From IMG/VR virus record IMGVR_UViG_3300005265_000003: 20,000 nucleotides of DNA, one strand, 5' to 3'. Made by a program: the position numbers and the translations under genes. Origin of the DNA: an uncultured virus (IMG/VR IMGVR_UViG_3300005265_000003) (taxonomy: Duplodnaviria; Heunggongvirae; Uroviricota; Caudoviricetes). Within the stretch, counting starts at the first letter, position 1, and every line of letters begins with the position of its first letter. The notes under the pieces are model-generated. The model saw only the letters and a program-made list of their open reading frames with translations, ran no database searches and was not told the DNA's origin. Shown piece by piece: positions 9,001 to 15,845 of this stretch.

Positions 9001-10007
9001 CCGGCTTCGGTCATCTTGCAGAATGGCTTCGCTCAAAAGGATATTATGTTATAGGTGGTGATGGAACTAGCGAACGTTTGGAGCTTGATCGGGCATATGT
9101 TAGAAAAATATTCGAGCAGTTAAATATTCCAGTTCCTCCTGGTAAAATCGTAAAGGGAGTGCAGGGAGTGATTGATGCAGTAAAGGCAGCGAAGGAAAAG
9201 GTCTTCGTTAAAATCAGTCGAGTCAGAGGAGATGTGGAGACATTCGGCACTGATGACCCGGATGAGGCAGCAATGCTACTTTCACGAGGTGCGTTTCAAG
9301 TATTAGGCGATGATGTCTCCTTTATAGTCGAGGAAAAGCTTAATGGCATCGAAATCGGTGTAGATGCTTGGTTTAACGGACGAGAATTTAATGAAGTCGT
9401 TGCTGATACGATAGAAATGAAGGGTTGTGGGAACGCAACAAAATTTAATACTATCCATGAAAGTATTTGGAGAGACATTCTTGAGAAACTAGAGCCTTGG
9501 CTACGAAAAAATGGTTACGTTGGTATGTTCTGCTTGGAAGGCTTTTGGGATGGCTCTAAAGTCTACGTTACTGATGTCACTCCTCGCTTTCCATATATCT
9601 GCTCTTACGCATATCCGAAAGTATTTAGGAACTATTCGGAGTTCATGTTGGGTGTAGCACGTGGTGATACTCTAACGCCTAAAGTTCTCGATAAATACTC
9701 CGTTCAAATCGGCGTCTATACGGATGATGCTGAGACCTGGAGGATTATCCGATATAATCGGGATGATACGGATTGGATTGCATATCGCCGAGCTATAAAG
9801 CAAGATGATAACATCTGGTTTGTTCCAGGTGATGTAGTTGTGGCTGCAGGCATAGGTATCGGTCCAGATATCACCACAGCTACAAGAGATGCTATTGCAC
9901 GGGCTGAAGCCTTCGACATGGCAAATATATATTCTCAAGGCCGAGAATTCGCCTCCTACTTGCATGCTGTCCTCGAACAAGCATCAGCGTTGGGGTATGA
10001 CTTTTAA
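6045..10007 (+). CDS. Multidomain polyprotein: degenerate MBL fold (aa ~1-222), ASCH/PUA-like (~230-345), unknown helical domain (~351-481), ATP-dependent polynucleotide ligase (~483-885), PurD-like ATP-grasp (~915-1320)
   Basis: MBL: MKVISLGS, AWIDP, ILLSSPDEDH, PIYST. ASCH: GLYLVKPHAEFIYKGLKTMILKSR. Ligase motifs: I KWDG (K523), III LDSEF, IIIa VFDVI, IV EGIMIK, V WMKVK. ATP-grasp: VIFTDSGFG, VIGG..SERLELDR, VFVK, FIVEEKLNGIEIGVDAWFNG, DVTPRF. Confidence 0.85.
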   Translation: MKVISLGSWASYGLKGKKHFSLILEHRGKRAWIDPAVKYTEPVDFILLSSPDEDHWRYLPKYLEKYPDTPIYSTRAVISHMRLLLPKANWKRTEKPIKLGGKSIKLMAIPKMVGKPAVAFKIGSGRNALVIIPEFIRLGDQEKELMKGAIWIIGVGEYEKPRSDDHKATFKDLLALAEELKPQKIYITNYRTSLLKHKQEILEALKPWKGEFLNDGDEFEIKVKAIRKADGLYLVKPHAEFIYKGLKTMILKSRKFDMANKKYVLCDNEYAYGNIILDEPIIIRSWKEFYLHAKEHLISPAEVRKWNWNFPLYAYPIKSFSPFSKKKALKLPKGIQTFVNDIEQYYITEKLHLDEFRSEGVDYDLAHPKERWKELIADLRYLGNSAYPRLKAGKKWGDWKLTDVLKYFAKIIDTLRSIYFPLIPPFDEKLYKAYYGKDPKKAKESSFWKCYKEAEKYMKSKPPKTIEEAKEWDEKRKGVIKKAKIKPGYYSKSKPYYRGYFQELAEELKSIGWDKTKVLVDCKWDGLRMTIGKVNGKGFAYVDPEDVKKKSPNVSNRIPAIIKEIEENFPDNTVLDSEFLALHPNGKEMLHRTVANSLLNSKISGEELEQFAIIVVFDVIFFKGLDVRDQPLHERLEYLSQLKPTKHIWIERVSKTLSKKADGYICDGSDVKTILKVAEILEESKNGRPKFCAEGIMIKRLDHPYETPQNKGWMKVKFYHELDLRVLGKKLVKGTKDVYNYYLGYDTPRDYAKAYLDVGKKAWYGKVHVYKNGKILAVGKDAKNYLDDKSVTLVTLMGKSDNHKEEEPVKVGDIIRIAAEEVLKFDNPKHPEYPRYSFYIGRVLEPVPEKNVTDSIETIDKLSSFEPMRIPVDVLRHWKEHPEELKRGVLKSNGHYFFPVDDDYDMKRKAESKDDKILVVDTNLGLEHARRFGLDGYETFFAIAHSQPYPRIQDEVCGLGFPEIIKIWDWGEGLEKDASYVIFTDSGFGHLAEWLRSKGYYVIGGDGTSERLELDRAYVRKIFEQLNIPVPPGKIVKGVQGVIDAVKAAKEKVFVKISRVRGDVETFGTDDPDEAAMLLSRGAFQVLGDDVSFIVEEKLNGIEIGVDAWFNGREFNEVVADTIEMKGCGNATKFNTIHESIWRDILEKLEPWLRKNGYVGMFCLEGFWDGSKVYVTDVTPRFPYICSYAYPKVFRNYSEFMLGVARGDTLTPKVLDKYSVQIGVYTDDAETWRIIRYNRDDTDWIAYRRAIKQDDNIWFVPGDVVVAAGIGIGPDITTATRDAIARAEAFDMANIYSQGREFASYLHAVLEQASALGYDF

Positions 10008-11010
10008 GTTATTGCGAGATGATGGTGAGATAGTCTATGCAAAATCGCTTAACGGATTTCAAGCTATTTCATCCGATGATGCTACGGAGATATATTATTC
10101 GGAACTATTTGACTCCATACCTCTGTGGTCGAAGATTGAGGTGCTGCTTAAGGCCATTAAGAAGGAGGATGTTTGTAGCTGGCTGGAGAAGAAGCGTATT
10201 CCCGAGGAGATATACGAGGAAATTGCTGAGGAGCTTAAGCCCTTGCCAAAGATTTGCTATGTTAATTATGATGAGGGCATTGCCTGGGCACAAATACATA
10301 TTAGAGGCTTAGACCCAGATGATACGCAAGCATATCAGAGAGGTAAGCTCTCCTTTGCAAAACTTATAGAAGGTCACTCCATCCATGTTGATCTGCGAAT
10401 GAAGTTTAAGAATGCATTTGTCCAATGGGTCATAACACAAAACGCTATCCCAGATTACTTTGACACGCTGATAGGTAGACGGGACCCTAGAACAGGTAAT
10501 GTTTCAAAAGGCCTAGCCATAGTAAAGCCGTCTGCTCAAGAACCAAGTACAGCAGTAAAGGCGGAGAAAGAATTAATTATCGGTCCGGAAGATGCGAAGC
10601 TTATAGAGAAATATGTCCTCTTCGATAAATCATATATCATCGAAGCCGGTGACGTAGGCGCCACCGCATATAAAGATGCATATATGTGTGCGATATGGCT
10701 AGGAAAGGTAAAGGCCGGGGTTCAACGCCCAGATTTACATGAATACTTCCTATATCCCAGCGGGAAATTGCCTAAGCGAAATAAAGAGCTGTTTAATGGT
10801 AGATTTATAATAAGATGCTTCAGAGCCGGCAAAGATAAACGCTGGTGGGTTTGGAAGGCTACAGATGATCCATTCCCTATGGACTCCATCCTTCATGCTG
10901 ATTGTGGCCACTATTATCCAATAAAGGCTGAGGAACTGAAGAAATTTGGTAGGGAAGCGTACAGGGACGAATCTGTATCTCTGTTCCGTAAAAAGTTAGG
11001 ATGTCGGTAA
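9997..11010 (+). CDS. LigD-type 3'-phosphoesterase (PE) domain protein
   Basis: AQIHIRG...HSIHVDLRM...FVQW resembles the LigD PE metal-binding pattern (QxH...HxDxRL...W); later GVQRPDLHEYFL...NGRFIIR...WWVWK. First plausible ATG is 9997, inside track ORF 9889..11010. Confidence 0.65.
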   Translation: MTFKLLRDDGEIVYAKSLNGFQAISSDDATEIYYSELFDSIPLWSKIEVLLKAIKKEDVCSWLEKKRIPEEIYEEIAEELKPLPKICYVNYDEGIAWAQIHIRGLDPDDTQAYQRGKLSFAKLIEGHSIHVDLRMKFKNAFVQWVITQNAIPDYFDTLIGRRDPRTGNVSKGLAIVKPSAQEPSTAVKAEKELIIGPEDAKLIEKYVLFDKSYIIEAGDVGATAYKDAYMCAIWLGKVKAGVQRPDLHEYFLYPSGKLPKRNKELFNGRFIIRCFRAGKDKRWWVWKATDDPFPMDSILHADCGHYYPIKAEELKKFGREAYRDESVSLFRKKLGCR

Positions 11011-11026
11011 TTATTAGGAGTCAATC

Positions 11027-11092
11027 ATGAACGGCGTCTGGAAAGCCATAGAAGAACTACGTATGCTGGTCCTCGAAATTCTAAAGAAGTAA
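11027..11092 (+). CDS. 21-aa microprotein (MNGVWKAIEELRMLVLEILKK)
   Basis: AGGAG RBS 6 nt upstream; fills the gap between neighbours and stops 1 nt before the next ATG; amphipathic helix pattern. Confidence 0.5.
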   Translation: MNGVWKAIEELRMLVLEILKK

Positions 11093-11093
11093 T

Positions 11094-11372
11094 ATGCCAA
11101 TAGATGAGGAGAAGTTTGGCGAATTCTCTGGGAAAGTAATTACCACCCTTGAAAAGCTTGCTAAATCAGACGATGATTTATATAATATGATTAAGGATGA
11201 GGAGCGTGTACGAATCTCCGGAATTGCTAGCCTTGAGAAACGAATAAGGGACCTTGAAGATAGGGTGTCTGTCGTGGAGACGAAAATCAGTCTATACTGG
11301 TGGATAACTACGGGATTAGTCCTGTCTGTGTTGCTGGGAATTATTAGTATAATGTGGCACTTATGGATTTAG
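11094..11372 (+). CDS. Coiled-coil protein with C-terminal TM helix (XhlA/holin-like)
   Basis: Heptad pattern IASLEKRIRDLEDRVSVVETKI followed by hydrophobic LYWWITTGLVLSVLLGIISIMW. Confidence 0.6.
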   Translation: MPIDEEKFGEFSGKVITTLEKLAKSDDDLYNMIKDEERVRISGIASLEKRIRDLEDRVSVVETKISLYWWITTGLVLSVLLGIISIMWHLWI

Positions 11373-12961
11373 AAACTCTGATTGAGGAGACTAGAAAGGC
11401 CGAATTAGAATATGCACCAATACCTCCATCTGGGAGAGGTACTGGGAAAAAGATTATCCGGTTAAAAGATATTCTTCCAAAACTGAAGCCATTCTCCGTG
11501 CGAAAGCCTGTTGCGTTTATCGTCGGTTCTTTGGCTATACATGGTCAGTCGGACAATGATATCGATATAGTGGTCCGTGGTGAGGACTGGTCACCTCAAC
11601 AGAAGATGGCTTTTGATTTCCGGATTTACCGAATGTTTTCTGATATTCTCGGAGTCCCGTATGATGAAGTAGCGAAATATGTTCACATTCACTATACAAA
11701 TTCCGGTCCATTTACGCCCTATGTGCCTATATATGAGGACACTATGATGCCTATATCCAATCCTTCCATAGTTCAAATGGGCGAAGCTGAATCTATCCAC
11801 ATGTTTGGCCCGTTTAAAGTTGTGGATAAATCGAAGAAACGAGTGATTGCTGGTTATGCATCCGTTGTAGAAATCGATAAGAGTGGCGATGTAATTCCCA
11901 TAAGTGCTCTCAAAGAGGGCATCAAAACGCTATTATCTGACCCAGCTTATGCAAATATAATGCTTACACATAACAACATACAAATTGGTAAGATTTTGCC
12001 CGAATATAATGGAATAAAGACCCATGTTGACGACAAGGGCTTATTCATCGTTGCTGAAATTCGAGATGATTTGGAAATTGCAAACAAGGTATGGGAGAAA
12101 ATATTAGCTGGAGAGTACAATGGGTTTTCTATAGCTGGAGAGATTATTCGTTCCCACCAAGAATGTGATGAGGAGAAATGCTATAACATCATAGATAAAA
12201 TAAACATATTCGAGGTATCAGTCTGCAAAAATCCGGTGAATGAGAAATCAGGCTTTATAATATTGTCGAAATGTGATGCATGTGAAAATATAGGTGAAAG
12301 TATGGAAGAGGAATTAGTAGTTGACAGCACAGAGGAGGTGACAGAAGAGACAAAATCCGAGGAGCTTAAACTAGAGGCTCTTGAGCGAAGAGTGGAGGCT
12401 CTCGAGAAAGTCATACAGGAATTAGCGAATAAGCAGGACGAGGAAGAGGAGGAAGAAGAGGAGGCTGAGGAAACCGAGGAAAAAGGAGGGCTAGTCGGAG
12501 CTATTGCAGCAGTGCTTAAGGAAATATATCAGGATGTGCCAAAGAAAATCCAAGAAAAGCTTGATACAGTCCTGACAATGCTGGAGAACCTTAGGAGAGG
12601 TGGCTATCCATATCCGTTCCCAAGCACATATCCGTACCCGAGTAAGTATCCATATCCAGAGAAAGCTGAATGGCATGAGATGGTTACAGAGGCACTCGAT
12701 AAGTTCTATGAAGAAATCGAGAGCTTGAAATGCATTAAGAAAGAACTTGAAGAGTTAAAGATAGCTGCAAAGGCTAAGGATGATGCTATTAAGTCTCTTG
12801 AGGAGCAAATAAAGCAAGCTAGTGAGAAGAAAGAGGAAGAGAAGAAGACAGAGGAAGAGCCCAAAGAACCTGAGACTGTGGTAGTCAAGGAAGATGATGA
12901 AATAGCAGAGGAGAGTCCAGTAATAATAAAAGGCGATGAGATAACGCTGAATGTAGACTGA
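11363..12961 (+). CDS. Fusion of Pol-beta-superfamily nucleotidyltransferase, HK97-type prohead protease and acidic coiled-coil scaffold
   Basis: NTase: FIVGSLA...SDNDIDIVVR. Protease: RVIAGYAS, DKSGDVI, MLTH, DDKGLFIVAEI, GFSIAG, EVSVCKNPVN. Glu/Lys-rich coiled-coil tail with YPYP repeats. Start ATG 11363 or GTG 11354. Confidence 0.85.
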   Translation: MDLETLIEETRKAELEYAPIPPSGRGTGKKIIRLKDILPKLKPFSVRKPVAFIVGSLAIHGQSDNDIDIVVRGEDWSPQQKMAFDFRIYRMFSDILGVPYDEVAKYVHIHYTNSGPFTPYVPIYEDTMMPISNPSIVQMGEAESIHMFGPFKVVDKSKKRVIAGYASVVEIDKSGDVIPISALKEGIKTLLSDPAYANIMLTHNNIQIGKILPEYNGIKTHVDDKGLFIVAEIRDDLEIANKVWEKILAGEYNGFSIAGEIIRSHQECDEEKCYNIIDKINIFEVSVCKNPVNEKSGFIILSKCDACENIGESMEEELVVDSTEEVTEETKSEELKLEALERRVEALEKVIQELANKQDEEEEEEEEAEETEEKGGLVGAIAAVLKEIYQDVPKKIQEKLDTVLTMLENLRRGGYPYPFPSTYPYPSKYPYPEKAEWHEMVTEALDKFYEEIESLKCIKKELEELKIAAKAKDDAIKSLEEQIKQASEKKEEEKKTEEEPKEPETVVVKEDDEIAEESPVIIKGDEITLNVD

Positions 12962-12991
12962 TGTCTGTTATCTGTTAAAAGAACATAATGG

Positions 12992-13378
12992 ATGGAGAAT
13001 ATGGCGTGGACAAGTCCGAGTCAGCCGATTGAGGTAATCCCAGAGGGTGCAATGCTTTCTTTCAAGGCAAGCGGGACAATTTATGCCGGACAGGCTGTAG
13101 TTCCAATGGATGATATGAAAGTCGGAGTTCCGAACTCTACGAGCGCAAATGGAATAGGAATTGCAGCTTATGATGCATCTGATGGAGAAACGGTGCTTGT
13201 TTGGGGCCCTGGGAACATAGTTAAGGCGATGATATCTGGTACTGGCTCTGATACGATAGGCGCAACTCTGAAATATTCAAACGGATATCTCGATACAAAT
13301 GGTACTGGAAGGGTAATGGGCATACTGGTAGAAGCGCCTTCAAGCCTGCCTGGTGTTGGTAAAGTCCTGCTCTTGTAG
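12992..13378 (+). CDS. Capsid cement/decoration protein (DUF2190-like)
   Basis: Small Gly/Ala-rich beta protein (FKASGTIYAGQAV, IGIAAYDASDGETVLV) directly before the major capsid gene. Start may be ATG 13001 after GGAG. Confidence 0.7.
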   Translation: MENMAWTSPSQPIEVIPEGAMLSFKASGTIYAGQAVVPMDDMKVGVPNSTSANGIGIAAYDASDGETVLVWGPGNIVKAMISGTGSDTIGATLKYSNGYLDTNGTGRVMGILVEAPSSLPGVGKVLLL

Positions 13379-13429
13379 TTATGTTCAACATGTCCTAATG
13401 TCGTAATGTCTAAATAAGTCTTAAGTGAT

Positions 13430-14401
13430 ATGGCAAGTAGATTTGTAAAGCTCTTGGAATACGCGTTTGCCGGTAACTCGGAGAGAAAGAGGATGCTCAA
13501 TTCAGAATCATTCAAGAAAGTCGTCGGAGAGCGTGCAGTAAAGATGCTCCTCCAGGCCGAAGACATAACAGAGACCACACTTCTGCAGGAGGAGGTCATA
13601 AAGAAAGTCTATGAGGGTGCAGAGCCAGCGAAGTGCGTCAGAAACGTCTTTCCAATCCAGAAAACATCTAGCTACAGTGTAAGGTTCATCGTGGGAGGTG
13701 CAGGCGCTTATGCGGATGAGGTTGCCGAGGGTGCTGCAGTACCAGTCAATGAGGAGTCTTACAGCAAGGTAGACGTAGAGGTTAAGAAGTATGCAACCAG
13801 ACCGCTGATTACGAAAGAGATGATTGATGACTGCCTCTTCAACATCGTAGAGCATGAGATTAAGAAGGCTGGACTCAGACTGGAGAACACTCTGAATAGA
13901 GTAGTACTCGAAACATTGCTCAAAGAACTTGATGGCATAACGGCTGTGGACCCAGCTGGCAGTCACATCGCCGTGACGGATATTGCAACTGCAATCTCGA
14001 AAGTTAAAGAAAAGCACTGGATGCCAGACACACTGATTACACATCCAGCTGCAGAAGGATATCTGCTTCAGGACAGCAACCTGGTCTACGTTGCATATGC
14101 AGGCACTGAGACTCCGCTGAGAGAAGGAACCATACCGAGACTTCTTGGCCTCAAGCCATACACGCTGAGTGTTACGCCAAGTGAGAACTCTGGAGTTTAC
14201 TGGGACGGAACTGATGCTGCAAATCACTACTATGCTCTTGTGCTTGACAGCAACAACTCTGCAGTTATAGTGATGAGAGATGACATAACAATTTCACAGT
14301 ATGAAGACCCAATCAGAGACTTAGTCGGTATAACAGCTAAGATGAGATTCGGTGTTGGACTGCTTCACGACGACGCTGGTGTAAGAATACTTGCGAAGTA
14401 A
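13430..14401 (+). CDS. Major capsid protein, HK97 fold
   Basis: EVAEGAAVP, KKYATRPLITKEMIDD, PDTLITHP, RLLGL and KMRFGVGLL are characteristic HK97-fold segments; 323 aa; expected position. Confidence 0.92.
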   Translation: MASRFVKLLEYAFAGNSERKRMLNSESFKKVVGERAVKMLLQAEDITETTLLQEEVIKKVYEGAEPAKCVRNVFPIQKTSSYSVRFIVGGAGAYADEVAEGAAVPVNEESYSKVDVEVKKYATRPLITKEMIDDCLFNIVEHEIKKAGLRLENTLNRVVLETLLKELDGITAVDPAGSHIAVTDIATAISKVKEKHWMPDTLITHPAAEGYLLQDSNLVYVAYAGTETPLREGTIPRLLGLKPYTLSVTPSENSGVYWDGTDAANHYYALVLDSNNSAVIVMRDDITISQYEDPIRDLVGITAKMRFGVGLLHDDAGVRILAK

Positions 14402-14469
14402 TCAGGTTAGTCATCTAATTACCGGCAAAAGAAATGTTGTTAATGTCCTTCCCATTCCTCTTAATTAAT

Positions 14470-14718
14470 ATGCATAGCGGATGCGGTAAAGAATTCTGGA
14501 TGCGAAATGCAGCTGAAGAAATGCGGAAAATAGGACTTATAAGTAGGTCCAATGTTCCCAGCAGATATCACGACCGTCTGGATTTAGACGTTCCTAAAGG
14601 CGGTGGAAGAACAAATCCATGGACTTATACTGTTACAGACGAGCCATTCATATTCGATCCATCAGTCAAGAGTCCAGAATTTTATGATTTAAGGGAGTTG
14701 CCACATATAGGCGATTAG
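14470..14718 (+). CDS. Hypothetical protein in the head module
   Basis: Open frame between capsid and adaptor genes; ends 1 nt before the next ATG. Likely start MHSGCGKEFW (track gives 14434). Confidence 0.6.
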   Translation: MHSGCGKEFWMRNAAEEMRKIGLISRSNVPSRYHDRLDLDVPKGGGRTNPWTYTVTDEPFIFDPSVKSPEFYDLRELPHIGD

Positions 14719-14719
14719 T

Positions 14720-15133
14720 ATGGCCGACTATCAGCCAAAACTAGTTCAAGAATATGAGGTGCGTAATTTCTTCAGTCCACCGCTCTCGTATGATGATATC
14801 TCAAAGGCAGAGCTGCTCTTAAAAATCGAGGCTATAGAGAAATATATCGCTGATGCCTATTTCGATGGCAAGATGCCGAGTCGAGAGGATGCAAAAATAC
14901 CGGCATTACTCCTTGTAGTATCCCAGATAATCCAAAATCCGGCTATTTCCAAGAAATATAACGTGATCATCTCCGAAAAGTTAGGCGATTACAGCTATAA
15001 GATTTCGGATAAATACGGGAAGGAACCATATAACGCTTATGCAATCTATCGTCAGATGGCTTTAGCTATGTTGCGACAGAAGACTGGAAAACGTTACTTT
15101 AAATTTGCTAAAGCGAATGTCTGGAGCGTCTAA
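14720..15133 (+). CDS. Head-tail adaptor/connector-like protein
   Basis: Helical ~137-aa protein with SEKLGDYSY, similar to the SExxGDYSY segment of SPP1 gp15-like adaptors; position after the capsid gene. Confidence 0.6.
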   Translation: MADYQPKLVQEYEVRNFFSPPLSYDDISKAELLLKIEAIEKYIADAYFDGKMPSREDAKIPALLLVVSQIIQNPAISKKYNVIISEKLGDYSYKISDKYGKEPYNAYAIYRQMALAMLRQKTGKRYFKFAKANVWSV

Positions 15134-15165
15134 TGTGTTATGTCGGATAGGATAAGAATAAGGAT

Positions 15166-15801
15166 ATGGTAGCAACTGTTAAGATAGTCGAGATAACTGG
15201 ACCGGAAGGAAGTCCAACTTACACGGAGAAGAGTACGGCAGCGGGAAGTGGTTCGAGATATTGCACAAAAGACACCGCATCTGTTAGTGAGGCAGCGAAT
15301 TATCCAATACCAATTCCAGAGTCCGGAACAAATAGGTCCTATTGGAAGAGCCACTGCCTGGACATTACGTCTGGACCGTCATCTTATATCAAGAACGTCA
15401 AATACTATCAGACATGGTCAAATAATCCACATGATGACTGGGAGCTTGGAACTGGTGGTGATTTAATAGTCGGTGTTTCATCTAGCTCCGTATCTGATTG
15501 CAGAACACTCTCCCAGGGTTGTCCACAGAGCGAATATGACCAAGCAACCGGTACTGAGGGTCAAACTGGTGATCCGATAGAAACTACGCATTCATATTAC
15601 TCTGCATGTCCTGGAAAGAAGATGAGTATCACGAACTTCGATTCCTCAGACAATGCCCTTATGGTGCACTCTGGACAGGTGGTCGGTGCTGGTGAGACCG
15701 GCAAGTCCCGTATAGTCGTAACACAGCTTATTGTAGGGCCTGGTGCAACACCCGGTTCAAAACCAGACGTGACAGCAACCTTTGTCTACGAAGAGGCGTG
15801 A
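15166..15801 (+). CDS. Putative virion structural protein (beta-rich, Ser/Thr/Gly-rich)
   Basis: 211-aa ORF with highly expressed-type codon usage similar to the capsid gene; ends ATFVYEEA. No family recognised. Confidence 0.6.
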   Translation: MVATVKIVEITGPEGSPTYTEKSTAAGSGSRYCTKDTASVSEAANYPIPIPESGTNRSYWKSHCLDITSGPSSYIKNVKYYQTWSNNPHDDWELGTGGDLIVGVSSSSVSDCRTLSQGCPQSEYDQATGTEGQTGDPIETTHSYYSACPGKKMSITNFDSSDNALMVHSGQVVGAGETGKSRIVVTQLIVGPGATPGSKPDVTATFVYEEA

Positions 15802-15845
15802 TCTGTATGAATGTATTGAGGAACATGCCATACAAGGCGGGTGAT

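Noticed and set aside
9889..9996. N-terminal extension of the PE ORF in the ORF track
   Set aside because: Overlaps the ATP-grasp coding region by over 100 nt; ATG 9997 or a frameshift entry is more plausible.
2345..10007. Inteins in terL or the 1320-aa protein
   Set aside because: TerL is of normal length; no C...HN-C/S/T splice junctions or LAGLIDADG motifs were seen, and the extra length is explained by other domains.
10037..10312. Alternative-frame + strand ORFs (also 15248..15466, 16153..16458, 19082..19324) and the short minus-strand ORFs
   Set aside because: Nested in or opposite better-supported genes, with no motifs or RBS.
13508..14227. 239-aa minus-strand ORF
   Set aside because: Antisense shadow of the major capsid gene; no recognisable motifs or RBS, and explained by biased capsid codon usage.
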